IMG/VR virus record: IMGVR_UViG_3300007516_001784
Location: 1-64,000 of that record
DNA from: a virus
Taxonomy: Duplodnaviria; Caudoviricetes
Strand: one strand, 5' to 3'
Length of the DNA stretch: 64,000 bases
Part shown: positions 49,493-60,400 of the stretch, one piece after another
How the letters are laid out: every line of letters starts with the position of its first letter
Position numbering within the stretch: the first letter of the stretch is position 1
Notes under the pieces: model-generated
Seen by the model: the letters and a program-made list of their open reading frames with translations, nothing else
The model's database searches: none
What the model was told of the DNA's origin: nothing
Program-made: the position numbers and the translations under genes

Positions 49493-50152
49493 ATGGTAAG
49501 CGGAATTCGTTTTTTTGCATGCTCTGGTGCTATGGGCGGGACGCCCAGTACACGAGCAACACCCAATCTTGAGATTTTCAATCTCGAAGCTGGAGCTACA
49601 AATAACCCCAATCGTATGGGCTTTTTTGGACTTGCTGGTGCTCCAAATAGTGCTGTAATTGTTGGTCAGTACCAAGATCGTACACATCGTTGTGACGAGA
49701 CTGGTGTTGACTTCGGTACGATGATCAACGTTAAGTTTACGGGAGCAAGCACTGCTAGTGTATCTGGCGTGCCATTTACAGCCGGTCTCACTAATATTCC
49801 TTCGACTTCTGGCACTCTCTTGTGTCGTTTTATCGACCCAAATAACACGGCTGTGATCACGCAGAATGCAACATTCAGTGCCATTAGCTTGACGCCTGGA
49901 TCTGGTACTCCAAACGTTGCCGATCTCGTGAGTGCTGGTATTTTGATCAAGGCCGCTCAACTTCAAGATACGCAAGGCTTTGCTGGAAATGCTTCGTGGC
50001 AAAATATCGACAGTAGCGGCTCTGCACTAGCTCTTGAAACTCAGTTGAGTGCTCAATCAGTTCATGACTACCATCTTATTATCAGTGGTACGCCGACTGC
50101 TGCTGGACGTAAGATCAACTTTGCGTACTTGTTATTGTTAGAGTATTTGTAA
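49493..50152 (+). CDS. Putative virion structural protein
   Basis: 219 aa, small-residue/beta-rich, SG-rich. Confidence 0.6.
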   Translation: MVSGIRFFACSGAMGGTPSTRATPNLEIFNLEAGATNNPNRMGFFGLAGAPNSAVIVGQYQDRTHRCDETGVDFGTMINVKFTGASTASVSGVPFTAGLTNIPSTSGTLLCRFIDPNNTAVITQNATFSAISLTPGSGTPNVADLVSAGILIKAAQLQDTQGFAGNASWQNIDSSGSALALETQLSAQSVHDYHLIISGTPTAAGRKINFAYLLLLEYL

Positions 50153-50264
50153 GCAACGTCTAGAGGCGTTAAACTCTATCTTGATGCGTGGCAACATTTT
50201 TCGATAGACGAGTCTATGTCTGTTGGTCATAATGTAGTGTCAATCACGAAGATGATTTTCACTC

Positions 50265-50732
50265 GTGGACATGATCAATATGCTGGCATTCTCTTCAAAA
50301 CATCCATTTGTTCCTAATCCTGCGAAGGATCCGACCGCTAGTCGTTGGATTGCCTCCCTCTCTGACGGTACAACCGTTTTCGAGGACGTTACGCCAGGAG
50401 AACGAACGGCCTGGGTTCGTCTTAGCGAGTACGTTAAGGTTCATAAGTTCAAGCTTACGAATCTACGACTAGAAGCGTACGGTCGTCGTGTTGTACTTAT
50501 GCCTTATCGAGACGATAGTGGCAATCCCCAGATTAATGGCTACTGGCAATCTAAGAAGGCTGGGGCATTACTGAATGCAACACAGGTCGACCAGATTAAT
50601 TGGGTTGGCATTGGCCTGATTAAAGGTCGCGAAATTCATGTGACGTGGATTGATCATGCTGGCAACGTCTCCTACGAAATAAAGCCGTATAGCGAGACTA
50701 ATCTCGCGTGCATAGTGAACGACGCAGTATGA
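50265..50732 (+). CDS. Hypothetical protein
   Basis: WIASLSDGTTVFED...AWVRL; ATGA overlap with the next gene. Confidence 0.65.
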   Translation: MDMINMLAFSSKHPFVPNPAKDPTASRWIASLSDGTTVFEDVTPGERTAWVRLSEYVKVHKFKLTNLRLEAYGRRVVLMPYRDDSGNPQINGYWQSKKAGALLNATQVDQINWVGIGLIKGREIHVTWIDHAGNVSYEIKPYSETNLACIVNDAV

Positions 50733-51166
50733 AGTACAAGTCGATTACAACGCCCGAAATTGAGCATGATGAAGCCAATATTCTCACGGAGATGCTGTGG
50801 CTGAATCGTGATCTACGATCAGACATCTTCCCGTGGCGTGGCGACAACGGCAAAGAGTGGGGTCGATTCGTCTCGGCCTTCAAGAAGCTCATGGGGCCAT
50901 CGTTTGGCCTATCCTCCGAGCAACTTGCTTTCTACGTTTTCAAGTGTAAGCCGCACTACATAAATCCACCAGAGTTTGCCAAGATGGCTGTCGTAGCCCG
51001 CAAGCTGTTTAGACGCTATAACATAGACGAAGTATGTAGACTCTATTCCGATCAACGCCGCGAGTCCATGAAACCCGGACTTGAAAAGGCATCATACAAG
51101 CAAGAAAAACCGAAGTCATTCCTGACTTTTTTGAAGGAGCTAGAACGTGGCGAAGTCAAAGACTGA
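50729..51166 (+). CDS. Hypothetical protein upstream of recA
   Basis: ATG 50729 overlaps the previous stop. Confidence 0.65.
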   Translation: MKYKSITTPEIEHDEANILTEMLWLNRDLRSDIFPWRGDNGKEWGRFVSAFKKLMGPSFGLSSEQLAFYVFKCKPHYINPPEFAKMAVVARKLFRRYNIDEVCRLYSDQRRESMKPGLEKASYKQEKPKSFLTFLKELERGEVKD

Positions 51167-52313
51167 TAAGCAGCCCAATGTTCCCGCACAAGTTTCGCTT
51201 GAGTTCTTTAGTGGTGAGCTAAGCAACGAAGAAACGGGCGTGTACGTTGTTGGTGCCAACGCAATGGAAGATCCGCCGGGTAATGAAAGTGGATCGTATA
51301 CTCTAGACTACGACCTAGTTGTTCCATTTCCAGCGGGTCGTATTACCGAACTTTATGGAGATGAGGGTACAGGCAAGACAACTATCATTCTTGAAATTAT
51401 AGGAAGAGCGTTATCTACTGATCCGACTAAGCGATGCATGTTTGTCAATATGGAGAAGAGCTTGAATGTTTCTCTCATGAGGACGATTCGTAGTCTACGT
51501 CCATTCGTGGAAGAGGCTGTTTCGAAAAAGAATGATTGTCGTTTTTGGATCGTCAATACTACAAATGGCGAACAAGCTCTTGAGGCAATGCGTCAGTTTG
51601 CTGCCATGTGTCCAGGTGGCATTGCTGCTCTTGACTCTATTGATGCGGCACAACCCGAGACTGTTTTGTCTGGTGCTATTGGCGAGAACCGAGTTGGTAA
51701 TCATGGTAAGTTAATGTCTGATGCTATGCGTAAACTTATCGGTGTAGCCGAACAGAACAATGTTGCGTTAATCTTTACCAATCAAACTCGTAGCAAGATT
51801 ACGTTGTATGGTGATCCAACTACAACGCCGGGTGGTGCTGCCGTTGCATTCTATGCGTCTCAACGTATTCGTCTTAAGAAGCCAACTAAGGCAGATATGA
51901 TTACGATGGCGGATGGTCAGATTATTGGCAAGCTGATCAATTATAAGGTGGTCAAGAACAAGTTTGCACCAGAGGGGGCAGAAAATGCCATACCTCTACT
52001 CTATAATAGCGGTATTTTTCGCGAGCAAGAACTTGTGATTCAGTGCTGCAACTTTGGTATCTTGCGTTTGGGTGGCAAGGGTGGCAAACAAGTTTATTTG
52101 CACAAGCTAGATCGTGCCACCAATGAATTTGTCAAGAAAGATGCTACGGAACTAGATGGTATGTGGATGTCTCAATTCAATGCGTCACGCAAACTATTGC
52201 TTGACCCGGCATTGACGCTTAAGCTTGATCAAGAGTTAAAAGCATTCCTTAAGACGGACGGACGCCATGATGCTTTAGATGATATTACAGATGAAGTTTC
52301 TGACCCTCAGTAA
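51147..52313 (+). CDS. recA: RecA/UvsX-like recombinase
   Basis: GRITELYGDEGTGKTT, LDSI, IFTNQTR, TTPGG.A..FYAS.R and VVKNKFAP motifs. Confidence 0.92.
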   Translation: MAKSKTDKQPNVPAQVSLEFFSGELSNEETGVYVVGANAMEDPPGNESGSYTLDYDLVVPFPAGRITELYGDEGTGKTTIILEIIGRALSTDPTKRCMFVNMEKSLNVSLMRTIRSLRPFVEEAVSKKNDCRFWIVNTTNGEQALEAMRQFAAMCPGGIAALDSIDAAQPETVLSGAIGENRVGNHGKLMSDAMRKLIGVAEQNNVALIFTNQTRSKITLYGDPTTTPGGAAVAFYASQRIRLKKPTKADMITMADGQIIGKLINYKVVKNKFAPEGAENAIPLLYNSGIFREQELVIQCCNFGILRLGGKGGKQVYLHKLDRATNEFVKKDATELDGMWMSQFNASRKLLLDPALTLKLDQELKAFLKTDGRHDALDDITDEVSDPQ

Positions 52314-52713
52314 AAAAGAAGTGCGTCTTGAGATTCTGCCGAGTAAGTATCCTGTTCGGTCCAGAACTCACTCTAAGTCTATAGGTCAGTACAATCTGGG
52401 ACGTGCTATCCGTTCTATTTATGGTATGCAAGCTTTAGTTTTAGAAGAGTTTCCTATTCCAGAAGAAAGACTTTTTCTTGACTTTTATATGCCACACAAC
52501 AATCTTGCATTTGAGTTTCATGGCGTACAACACGACAGTTTCAACAAATTCTTTCATGGCGATAAAGATGGCTTCGAGCGTTCAAGGGGCAGAGATCAAC
52601 GTAAGCGAGACTGGTGCGTGCTCAATAAAATCCTATTGATCGAAGTGCGTGACACACTTTCTACTGATGAACTCAAAGATTTGATTCAATCGAACAGGGA
52701 AGACGATGAGTAA
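52291..52713 (+). CDS. PD-(D/E)XK (Vsr/DUF559-like) endonuclease
   Basis: LDFYMP...AFEFHGVQH...RDQRKRDWC...I.LIEV. Confidence 0.8.
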   Translation: MKFLTLSKKEVRLEILPSKYPVRSRTHSKSIGQYNLGRAIRSIYGMQALVLEEFPIPEERLFLDFYMPHNNLAFEFHGVQHDSFNKFFHGDKDGFERSRGRDQRKRDWCVLNKILLIEVRDTLSTDELKDLIQSNREDDE

Positions 52714-54208
52714 TATTGCCGCCGAGCAGGTCTTTTTGGCCGGGGTTATTGCGAACCCAACCAAACTATTTGATTATCTAGACTATCTAGATGATACAGA
52801 TTTTCAGCACTCAGCCACGAAGATGACATTCGAGGCTTTGCGTTCGTTGGTTCTGAATAAGGAAGCAACTAACATCACGAAGTCCAAGCTGGTAGCGGAG
52901 GCCAAAGCTCTTGGTCACCAGAACTATCTATCAGCCACCAAGGATGGGGCGTGGATTGATGAACTCTATAGGGAAAAAGTTGGTGAACAAGAACTAACCG
53001 ACCTCTTCCTGGAGATTAAGCGTCAGACACTTAAAGGTAGTTACAGGCGTGCCTTTGAAGACACCAACAACTATCTGACAACTACGTCTGATCCTTTGTC
53101 GATCATGATTGGTAAGGTCGAAGATGCGATCATTAGCCAAGTCAATACACTTGATCGTGGCGAAAACGCTCCTGTACTCCTGACCAAAGGCATTTTCGAG
53201 TTCATTGACGCACTCGCGAACGACCCTGGAAATTTAGGAATAGATTTGGGTTTCCCAATATGGCAAGATCGTGTGGGTCAATTCAGAAACGGGTCTGTAA
53301 CTTTTGTGGTGGCTACAGCTAAGGCTGGTAAGTCGCAGTTTGCGTTACGTGCAGCTCTCAATACAGCCCGGAAAGGACTGCCGGTCATCTTGTGTGATAG
53401 TGAACTTAACAAGAATGATCAACAGATTCGTCTTGTGGCTTTGATGGCTCGTGTACCATTCCAGTACATTGAAACTGGTTTTTGGAAGATGACCCCAGAG
53501 CAGTTGAAGTTTCATGGAGTAACTGATGAGCAGCAGATTTCGCACATTATGGAATGTGGTCGCCGCATTCGTGACCCTGAGTTACGTGAGCGTGTTTTGG
53601 CCTTACCCATTACGTACCAATCTATTTCGGGCATGGATGTATCTGCCGTCATTCCGCATCTACGTCGCTGGATTCTAAAAGACGTTAAGCCAGACCGTAC
53701 TACAAAGAATGCACAGTGTTTAGTCGTCTACGACTACATTAAGTTGGCGACCGTTTCTGAACTTAAGGCTAATCATAATTTAGCTGAGTGGCAGATGCAC
53801 GGCATCAACGTAGCGTTGTTACATGACACCATGAAGAAGTATAATATTCCTTGTCTGGCGTTTGGCCAGACAAATAATGAGGTTGACGAAGGCATCAAGT
53901 GTGTTGCTGGTGGTAAGCGTATTAGCGAAAACGTTACGTCGGTGAGTTACCTTAAAAGAAAGACAGATGATGAAAGAGCGTTTGACGGCAATGGTTCTCA
54001 CTATTTACGTGTATTTGTTACACGTTATGGTGCGGGTACACCGATTGGTCACATCAATTTTGACGCTGATTTGAGTTGTGGTGACTTCAAAGAGATCGGC
54101 CTTAGTACCGTGAACTTCAATGAAGAGCGTCAAAAGCGGTTAGATCAGTTTAAGAAGAGTCGTGACGTAGCCTCCAAGAGAAAGGGTACCGATGATGAAG
54201 ATGACTGA
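52706..54208 (+). CDS. dnaB: DnaB-like replicative helicase
   Basis: AEQVFLAG N-terminus, Walker A ATAKAGKS, VVYDYIKL, FGQTN, TRYG. Confidence 0.88.
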   Translation: MSNIAAEQVFLAGVIANPTKLFDYLDYLDDTDFQHSATKMTFEALRSLVLNKEATNITKSKLVAEAKALGHQNYLSATKDGAWIDELYREKVGEQELTDLFLEIKRQTLKGSYRRAFEDTNNYLTTTSDPLSIMIGKVEDAIISQVNTLDRGENAPVLLTKGIFEFIDALANDPGNLGIDLGFPIWQDRVGQFRNGSVTFVVATAKAGKSQFALRAALNTARKGLPVILCDSELNKNDQQIRLVALMARVPFQYIETGFWKMTPEQLKFHGVTDEQQISHIMECGRRIRDPELRERVLALPITYQSISGMDVSAVIPHLRRWILKDVKPDRTTKNAQCLVVYDYIKLATVSELKANHNLAEWQMHGINVALLHDTMKKYNIPCLAFGQTNNEVDEGIKCVAGGKRISENVTSVSYLKRKTDDERAFDGNGSHYLRVFVTRYGAGTPIGHINFDADLSCGDFKEIGLSTVNFNEERQKRLDQFKKSRDVASKRKGTDDEDD

Positions 54209-55247
54209 AAACGAAAAAGGGGCTTTACGTAATCACGCAAATCGCAACATTACTTATCTACTTGATAAGCTTGCAATCAACTATACCGATCGTGGAGATG
54301 GTCTTATTCAGTCGTGTTGCAAGTGTCAACAACATGGTGGAGATCGTGATAATCCCACCGCCTTTAGTTGGCGTCCAGGTCTCGGCAGGTGGGTGTGTTG
54401 GACTCATCACTGCGAAGAGTCACGAGGCAACGACATTTTTGGTCTTGTAAGTAGCATTCTCGGCACCAATTTTCTCGGCACCTCTAAGTGGATTCATGAT
54501 CGTCTATCTGAGAAGAGTATTGACGTAACTCAAGTCGTAGCCCCGCCCGAGAATCTTTATCGTGGAACGGCACTTCATACACATGAACCACTCAAGGAGG
54601 ATAATCTGCGTTTCTTGCAGATGGATCCCGAGTACCTGATTAAGCGTGGCTTTAGCAAGGAAGTGCTAAGAGATTACAACGCTGGATTGTGGCAACGTCC
54701 TGGAACATTCATGCATGATCGTGTAGTGTTTCCGATTCGAGACCATGATGGATTCTTGGTTGGCTATAGTGGCCGTACTATTCATTCAGAGAAATACTTC
54801 ACTGAGAAGGGTACCGAGTATCGCAAATGGATTCATGGTCGCAACTACAATCTATGGCCAAAGCGTGGCGAACTTTTGATTAGTTCATTACTATTCAATC
54901 TTAATAGAGCAAAGCGTTTTATGGGTCAGCAGAAGAAGATGATCGTAGTAGAGGGGCCGCTTGATGGCATGAAGCTGGAAATGTCCGGCATTCATAATTG
55001 GGTAGCGACCCTCGGAACGACATTTTGTGCCAACCACAGAACTCTATTGGTTAAGTATGGCATTACTGACGTGTACGTCGCTTATGATGATGATGAAAAC
55101 GATGCCGGTGACAGGGGACTCACGAGACTTAAGCGTGTTGTTGGTGACATCTTTAACGTTCATCAAGTTGATCTTAATGGATCGCACGACTGCGGCGAAC
55201 TTCCTATCGAACAACTTCAACTCATTTTCAAGGGTGTAGGATGCTAA
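54192..55247 (+). CDS. dnaG: DNA primase (DnaG-like; Zn finger plus TOPRIM)
   Basis: C..H...C...C zinc finger, RVVFPIRD..G.LVGYSGR, VVEGPLD, VATLGT, AYDDD...AG. Confidence 0.9.
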   Translation: MMKMTENEKGALRNHANRNITYLLDKLAINYTDRGDGLIQSCCKCQQHGGDRDNPTAFSWRPGLGRWVCWTHHCEESRGNDIFGLVSSILGTNFLGTSKWIHDRLSEKSIDVTQVVAPPENLYRGTALHTHEPLKEDNLRFLQMDPEYLIKRGFSKEVLRDYNAGLWQRPGTFMHDRVVFPIRDHDGFLVGYSGRTIHSEKYFTEKGTEYRKWIHGRNYNLWPKRGELLISSLLFNLNRAKRFMGQQKKMIVVEGPLDGMKLEMSGIHNWVATLGTTFCANHRTLLVKYGITDVYVAYDDDENDAGDRGLTRLKRVVGDIFNVHQVDLNGSHDCGELPIEQLQLIFKGVGC

Positions 55248-56209
55248 AACTCAAATCATGTTCACCTAGCCGTATCAAGACGTACGACATGTGTAAGTTT
55301 AAATACTGGCTTACCTATAATTGTCCTGGTCTAAAGCTTAAGACAAATTGGGGGGCGGTACATGGATCTTTGTTGCATGATGTCTTGGAGAATCTTGCTA
55401 ATGAAAATGATACAGATTGGATGAGTCGTCTGTACAGGGGGTATGCTGGTGAACTTGCTACGTTAGACCGCAAGGGTCAGCCTGAGATTATGGAGTCACC
55501 TCTAGTCTGGGCGAAGACTAAAGATTATCATGACAAGAAGCCTTACTGTGATACCTGTCCATATAAGCAGGGCGATATATGTGGCATCTCTAAAGAGAAG
55601 CTTGATGATCTAACGGGCTGTCCACGGAACCTGTTTGATGGTTCAGTCAGTATGCTTGAGACGACCATCAAGAAGTATAGAAATGGCATTTGGGACAAGA
55701 TGCTTCGAGACGCGAAGGGCGTTCCTATCGGCACTGAGTACTCATTTAATATCAAGCTTACAGGCACGGACGTTCCTCTGATCGGCATTATGGATCTCGT
55801 GATCGAAGAAGATCCCGAAACGATTCACATCATTGACTATAAGAGTGGTGCTTGGGTACAAAATTATGCTGAGTGTCGCGAAGACATTCAAGTAAAGATC
55901 TATTCAATGGCGAGCCGTAAGGAGTTCATTGAAGACGTGAACAACAAGGGATACAAATACAAGAATGTCATGTTGACTTTCGACTACTTTACCAGCACCC
56001 CCATTACTATCGCTTTTACAGCGGAAGAGGATGCTGAGACGGAAATTTCGACAGTTAAAAAGATTCATGAGATTGAAAACACTAATTGGATTGATCGTAT
56101 TGTTCGTAGTAACGAAGACTTCTCTCAGCGTTGGGCTTGGAAGTGTAAGTCGCTTTGCGATACGGAAGTGTGTGCGTCTAAGTGGACGGGAAAGTTCAAG
56201 GCGGAATGA
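55241..56209 (+). CDS. Cas4/AddB-like PD-(D/E)XK exonuclease
   Basis: SPSRIKTY..C...GSLLH, GIMDLV...IIDYKSG, Q..IY and C-terminal C...C....C. Confidence 0.85.
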   Translation: MLKLKSCSPSRIKTYDMCKFKYWLTYNCPGLKLKTNWGAVHGSLLHDVLENLANENDTDWMSRLYRGYAGELATLDRKGQPEIMESPLVWAKTKDYHDKKPYCDTCPYKQGDICGISKEKLDDLTGCPRNLFDGSVSMLETTIKKYRNGIWDKMLRDAKGVPIGTEYSFNIKLTGTDVPLIGIMDLVIEEDPETIHIIDYKSGAWVQNYAECREDIQVKIYSMASRKEFIEDVNNKGYKYKNVMLTFDYFTSTPITIAFTAEEDAETEISTVKKIHEIENTNWIDRIVRSNEDFSQRWAWKCKSLCDTEVCASKWTGKFKAE

Positions 56210-56784
56210 TGGCACGAATTTCAAAAGATCTGATTGACGCATACTTTCAATATGGCGTTGACATTACCAATCGAAAAGTGTTCCTGTTTGACGACGTTGA
56301 TGCCAGCAGTATTGGTGCTGTCATTAAAGGTCTATATTTAATGGAGTCTCAATATTCAAATAAGCCAATTGAACTTTTTGTAGGCTCGTTTGGTGGATCT
56401 GAATATGATATGTTTGCCCTATATGATGTATGTCGTACATTAGTGAGTCCCATTTATACTACAGCCATTGGCAAGTGTATGTCTGCGGCACCACTGCTTG
56501 TTGCCGCAGGCGAAAAAGGATATCGCTATGCTACTCCCAATACCTTTTTCATGGTTCATGAGTCATGGGAAGAATTTGGTGCCAAAAGAGTTGATGAGCT
56601 TGAATTGGACTTAAGGCACTATAGAGTTATGGGATCCAAGTGGGGTGAATTGATGGGTAAACACAGTAACAAAACTCCTAAGTTTTGGCTAGGTCTTTGT
56701 AAAAAATCTGGCGACACTTACTTTGACGCCGAACAGGCTTTAGAGTGGGGTTTGATTGATCACATTTGGGATGAGAAGGAGTGA
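56206..56784 (+). CDS. clpP: ClpP-family serine protease
   Basis: RKVFL, GSFGG, GKCMSAA (Ser), FMVHE (His), DTYFDAEQALEWGLID (Asp). Confidence 0.9.
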   Translation: MMARISKDLIDAYFQYGVDITNRKVFLFDDVDASSIGAVIKGLYLMESQYSNKPIELFVGSFGGSEYDMFALYDVCRTLVSPIYTTAIGKCMSAAPLLVAAGEKGYRYATPNTFFMVHESWEEFGAKRVDELELDLRHYRVMGSKWGELMGKHSNKTPKFWLGLCKKSGDTYFDAEQALEWGLIDHIWDEKE

Positions 56785-56785
56785 T

Positions 56786-57466
56786 ATGTCGAAATCAGTA
56801 GTACGTATTATGTGTTGGAAACGCTCACACGTTACCGAATTGGTCATGAATAGGAGTCAGGAGCAGAAACTTGAATCGGATATTCCTAAGATGAAGAAGG
56901 TGTGTCCTAATTGTAAGCCAGAACATTCTGCCATTACGATTGTGGGTGGTGCAACAGTGTTTAGTCCAGCGAAAGGCTATCGTTGCGAGCATGGTCACTT
57001 GAGTCTAATCTCGACGCTCGGCGAGCAACTAAACGTCTGTTTTGGCCCCAGTCATGATGAATTTGTAAACGTTGCAGGATCGCTGGCCGACTTGCCGAAT
57101 CTGGTTGACGAGGGTCACATTGCGTGTAATCATGTAGTGGATGGAAAGATGTGCGACTGTAAGCTAACCGCTATTGATGACTTTGTTCTGAATTACCCGT
57201 CGTCTCCTGGTATCAAAACCAGAACTCGTATTGGTGATTTGTGGGATCGTCATGGTATCGAGCCGGTACGTACAGGCAACTATGACGGACGGGGCGGCTA
57301 TAATGATAGTCGTTCACAGAAAGCTAACAACTATCGGTTGGCTCGTATGAGCAGGGCACGCAATACGTCGAAGGACCGTCAGCCCGGCAAGACAATCAAT
57401 AAGGCCACGAAAACAGATTACGGACATCGCAACAAGTCGTCCGTAAATCCAGACAGACTCAAATGA
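56786..57466 (+). CDS. Cys-rich hypothetical protein with basic C-terminal tail
   Basis: AAGGAG SD; CPNC, CEHGH, CNH...CDC. Confidence 0.65.
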   Translation: MSKSVVRIMCWKRSHVTELVMNRSQEQKLESDIPKMKKVCPNCKPEHSAITIVGGATVFSPAKGYRCEHGHLSLISTLGEQLNVCFGPSHDEFVNVAGSLADLPNLVDEGHIACNHVVDGKMCDCKLTAIDDFVLNYPSSPGIKTRTRIGDLWDRHGIEPVRTGNYDGRGGYNDSRSQKANNYRLARMSRARNTSKDRQPGKTINKATKTDYGHRNKSSVNPDRLK

Positions 57467-60400
57467 ACTTCACTCACCTAAACGTTCACTCGAAGGCGTC
57501 GATGCTATATGGATCGGCCAACGTCAAAGACATCATCAAGTGTGTCAAAGACTTGGGGCAAACGTCCGTCGCACTAACAGACTATTCCAATCTTTTTAAT
57601 GCGATTGAGTTTTACAAGCAGGCTAAGACTGCTGGACTAAAGCCTATTCTTGGCGTTGATATTTTCTTCTGTGAGGACGCTGAGCAGCTACGTATTCAAA
57701 AGGTGCGACAAGTTTCGCATTTGATTCTGTTGGCGGAGACGGACGAAGGTTGGAAGAATATCGCGAGGATTGTTTCGGAGGCGAATAGCGAAGCTAACTA
57801 TTATTACAATCCCCGTGTTGACTTTAAGTTGCTTGAAAAGTACAAAGAGGGTGTGATTTGTTTGACTGGCGGTAGTCTTGATGGTGTGATTGCAAAGCAC
57901 CTGTATGATAAGCCCACTGAGGGTAGCAATGACGTTGAGCCCGCAGCTATTTTTAAGGCCGAGGGCATGGTACGTCGCTTCTTGAAGATCTACGATCAAT
58001 CTCATTTCTTCCTCGAAGTGCAATCTACTGGCTTAGTGCAGCAAGAACAGATCAATAGTCGCTTGCGTACTATGGCACTCAAGTATGGCATTAAGACCGT
58101 GGCGACCGGCAACGTTCACTACGTTCATCAGCATGACGCGGAGTCTCATAAGACGTTGCTAGCTATGAGCGAGAACGCTTACAGTAAGCTCACGTACACT
58201 GATTTTTCGCACGAAGAATACTACATCAAGTCTCGCGAGCAAATGCTTGCGGCTGGTCTACAAGAAGCTGAGCTTGACGTTACGAATGAGATTGCTGAGC
58301 GTTGTAACGTCACGATTGACATTAACAAGAGACGCTTACCTAAGTACGCTTTCGTGCCAGATGGCAAGACTTCTGATGAGTATTTGGTTGAGATTGCCAA
58401 CGATGGTCTTTCTCGTATTCTCAAGGTTGCTGGATCAGAACAAGACTATCAGGATCGTCTCGATCGTGAATTGAATGACATTCGCGAAATGGGGTTCTCT
58501 GACTACTTCCTTATCGTTCACGACGTGATCTCGTGGATTCACAGCAAGGAAATCTTACTCGGGCGTGGCCGTGGCTCTGCTGGTGGTAGCCTTGTGAGTT
58601 ACGCCCTCGGGATTACCGACATTGATCCACTCCAGTACGGCTTGATTTGGGAACGCTTCCTGAACAAGGGACGTGGTGGATTGCCTGACATCGACACGGA
58701 CGTGCCACGTTCGAAGCGTCAGAAGGTCTTGGAGTATGTTCGTAATCGCTTCGGTGCTGGCAACGTTGCTCAGCTTGTAACCTTCAATGGTTTGCAAGCG
58801 AGAGCCGTGCTCAAGGAAGTGTTTCGTGTGTATAACATGCCGTTCGATGAGGCTAACAAGATCACCGCGTTGGTTCCTGCGAAGAACGACGAGCACGTTG
58901 CTATCAGTCTAGACGAGGCTATCGAGTCCGTCAAGGAACTCAAGGAATACGCCGAGAAGTACAAGCCATGGTTCACCATCGCTCGTGCCCTCGAAGGTTG
59001 CTACAAGTCAACCGGCTTGCACGCCGCTGCCGTTGTGATCTCGGACGTTCCGTTCGACGAGAGTGCCTATCCGTTGACTCGTTCAAAGGATGGCGATCTA
59101 ATTTTCGGCTGGGACATGAACACGGTCGATTCTTTGAATCTGCTTAAGCTGGACATCTTGGGCTTGAACACTCTTGATGACATTCAGGTGACCATGGATT
59201 TGGTTGCTGAGCGTCGCAAGATTGATATTGCTCGTGCTTCCATGCCTTTGGATGATCCGGTTACTTATGCTATGATTGGCCAAGGGTTTACAGTTGGTGT
59301 TTTCCAGATCGAAAAGCAGCTTGGTAGAACATGGAGCAAGAATCTGAGGCCGGAAAGTATAGAACAGCTAAGTGACTTATGTAGTATTATTCGTCCTGGT
59401 CCGCTTGACTCTGGTATGGCAACTCAATATCGCGACGTGAAGATGAAGGGGGCGGATCCGACCTATATTCATCCTGCTCTTGAGCCTATTCTCAAGAACA
59501 CCTATTCAGGTCTTTTATATCAAGAACAGGTAATTGAGATCTGTCGTGTACTTGCTGGCATGTCTTTGATCGACGCCGACAAGGTGCGTAAGGCGATGGG
59601 CAAGAAGAAGCCCGAAGAGATGAAGAAGTGGGAGCAGGTGTTTATTACTGGGTGCAGTAAGAGTGGCATAGACCCTGACATTGCCTTGGCTATCTGGAGC
59701 TACATTGATAAGTTCGCGGGGTATGGATTTAACAAATCTCACGGTGTCGGTTATGCTTTGATGGCGTATGAGACCGCTTATCTCAAAGCCAACTATACGG
59801 TTGAGTTCTTGTGTGCTAAGCTTTCGAATTCAGACGGCGAAGCCGAGAAACTGAGTGGTTTGGTGTACGATGCCAAACTATTTGGTATCGAAGTCACACC
59901 GCCTCGTGTTACGCACGCAAATAAAGACTTCGATGTGGTCACAGACAGGCATATCGCTTTCGGTCTCACAGCCCTCAAGGGTGTTGGTGTGGCCGCTGTA
60001 GGCGACATGATCAAGTTATCGAAGGGCCTCAAGACTTTCGACGAGATCATCTGGAAGTGGGCGACCACCAAGAGTAAGGTGACGAGTGCCACTATGATGG
60101 CGTTCATTAAAGGTGGAGCACTTGATGACGTGCAAGAAAATCGCGTTCGTGGCATTTCACGTTTGAAGTTGCTTGATAATTTGACCGAGAAGGAACGCGA
60201 GACTGTGACGCAGTTGATGCAAATTGAAACTGATGTCACTGATTGGGTGCGTTTCGTGAAATCATTGTCCGATGACAACAAGGTTGATCAGATTAAAGAG
60301 AAATATGGCGTGACAATTCCGAACGTACGTCGTCGTGCTACAATTCGTGAGCTATTACAAGAGTACGATGCTGGCGAACTCTTTGATAGTAAGGCTCAAC

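Noticed and set aside
55241-56209. CRISPR-Cas system suggested by the Cas4-like nuclease
   Set aside because: No repeat-spacer array or other cas genes were seen; standalone Cas4-like nucleases are common in phage replication modules.
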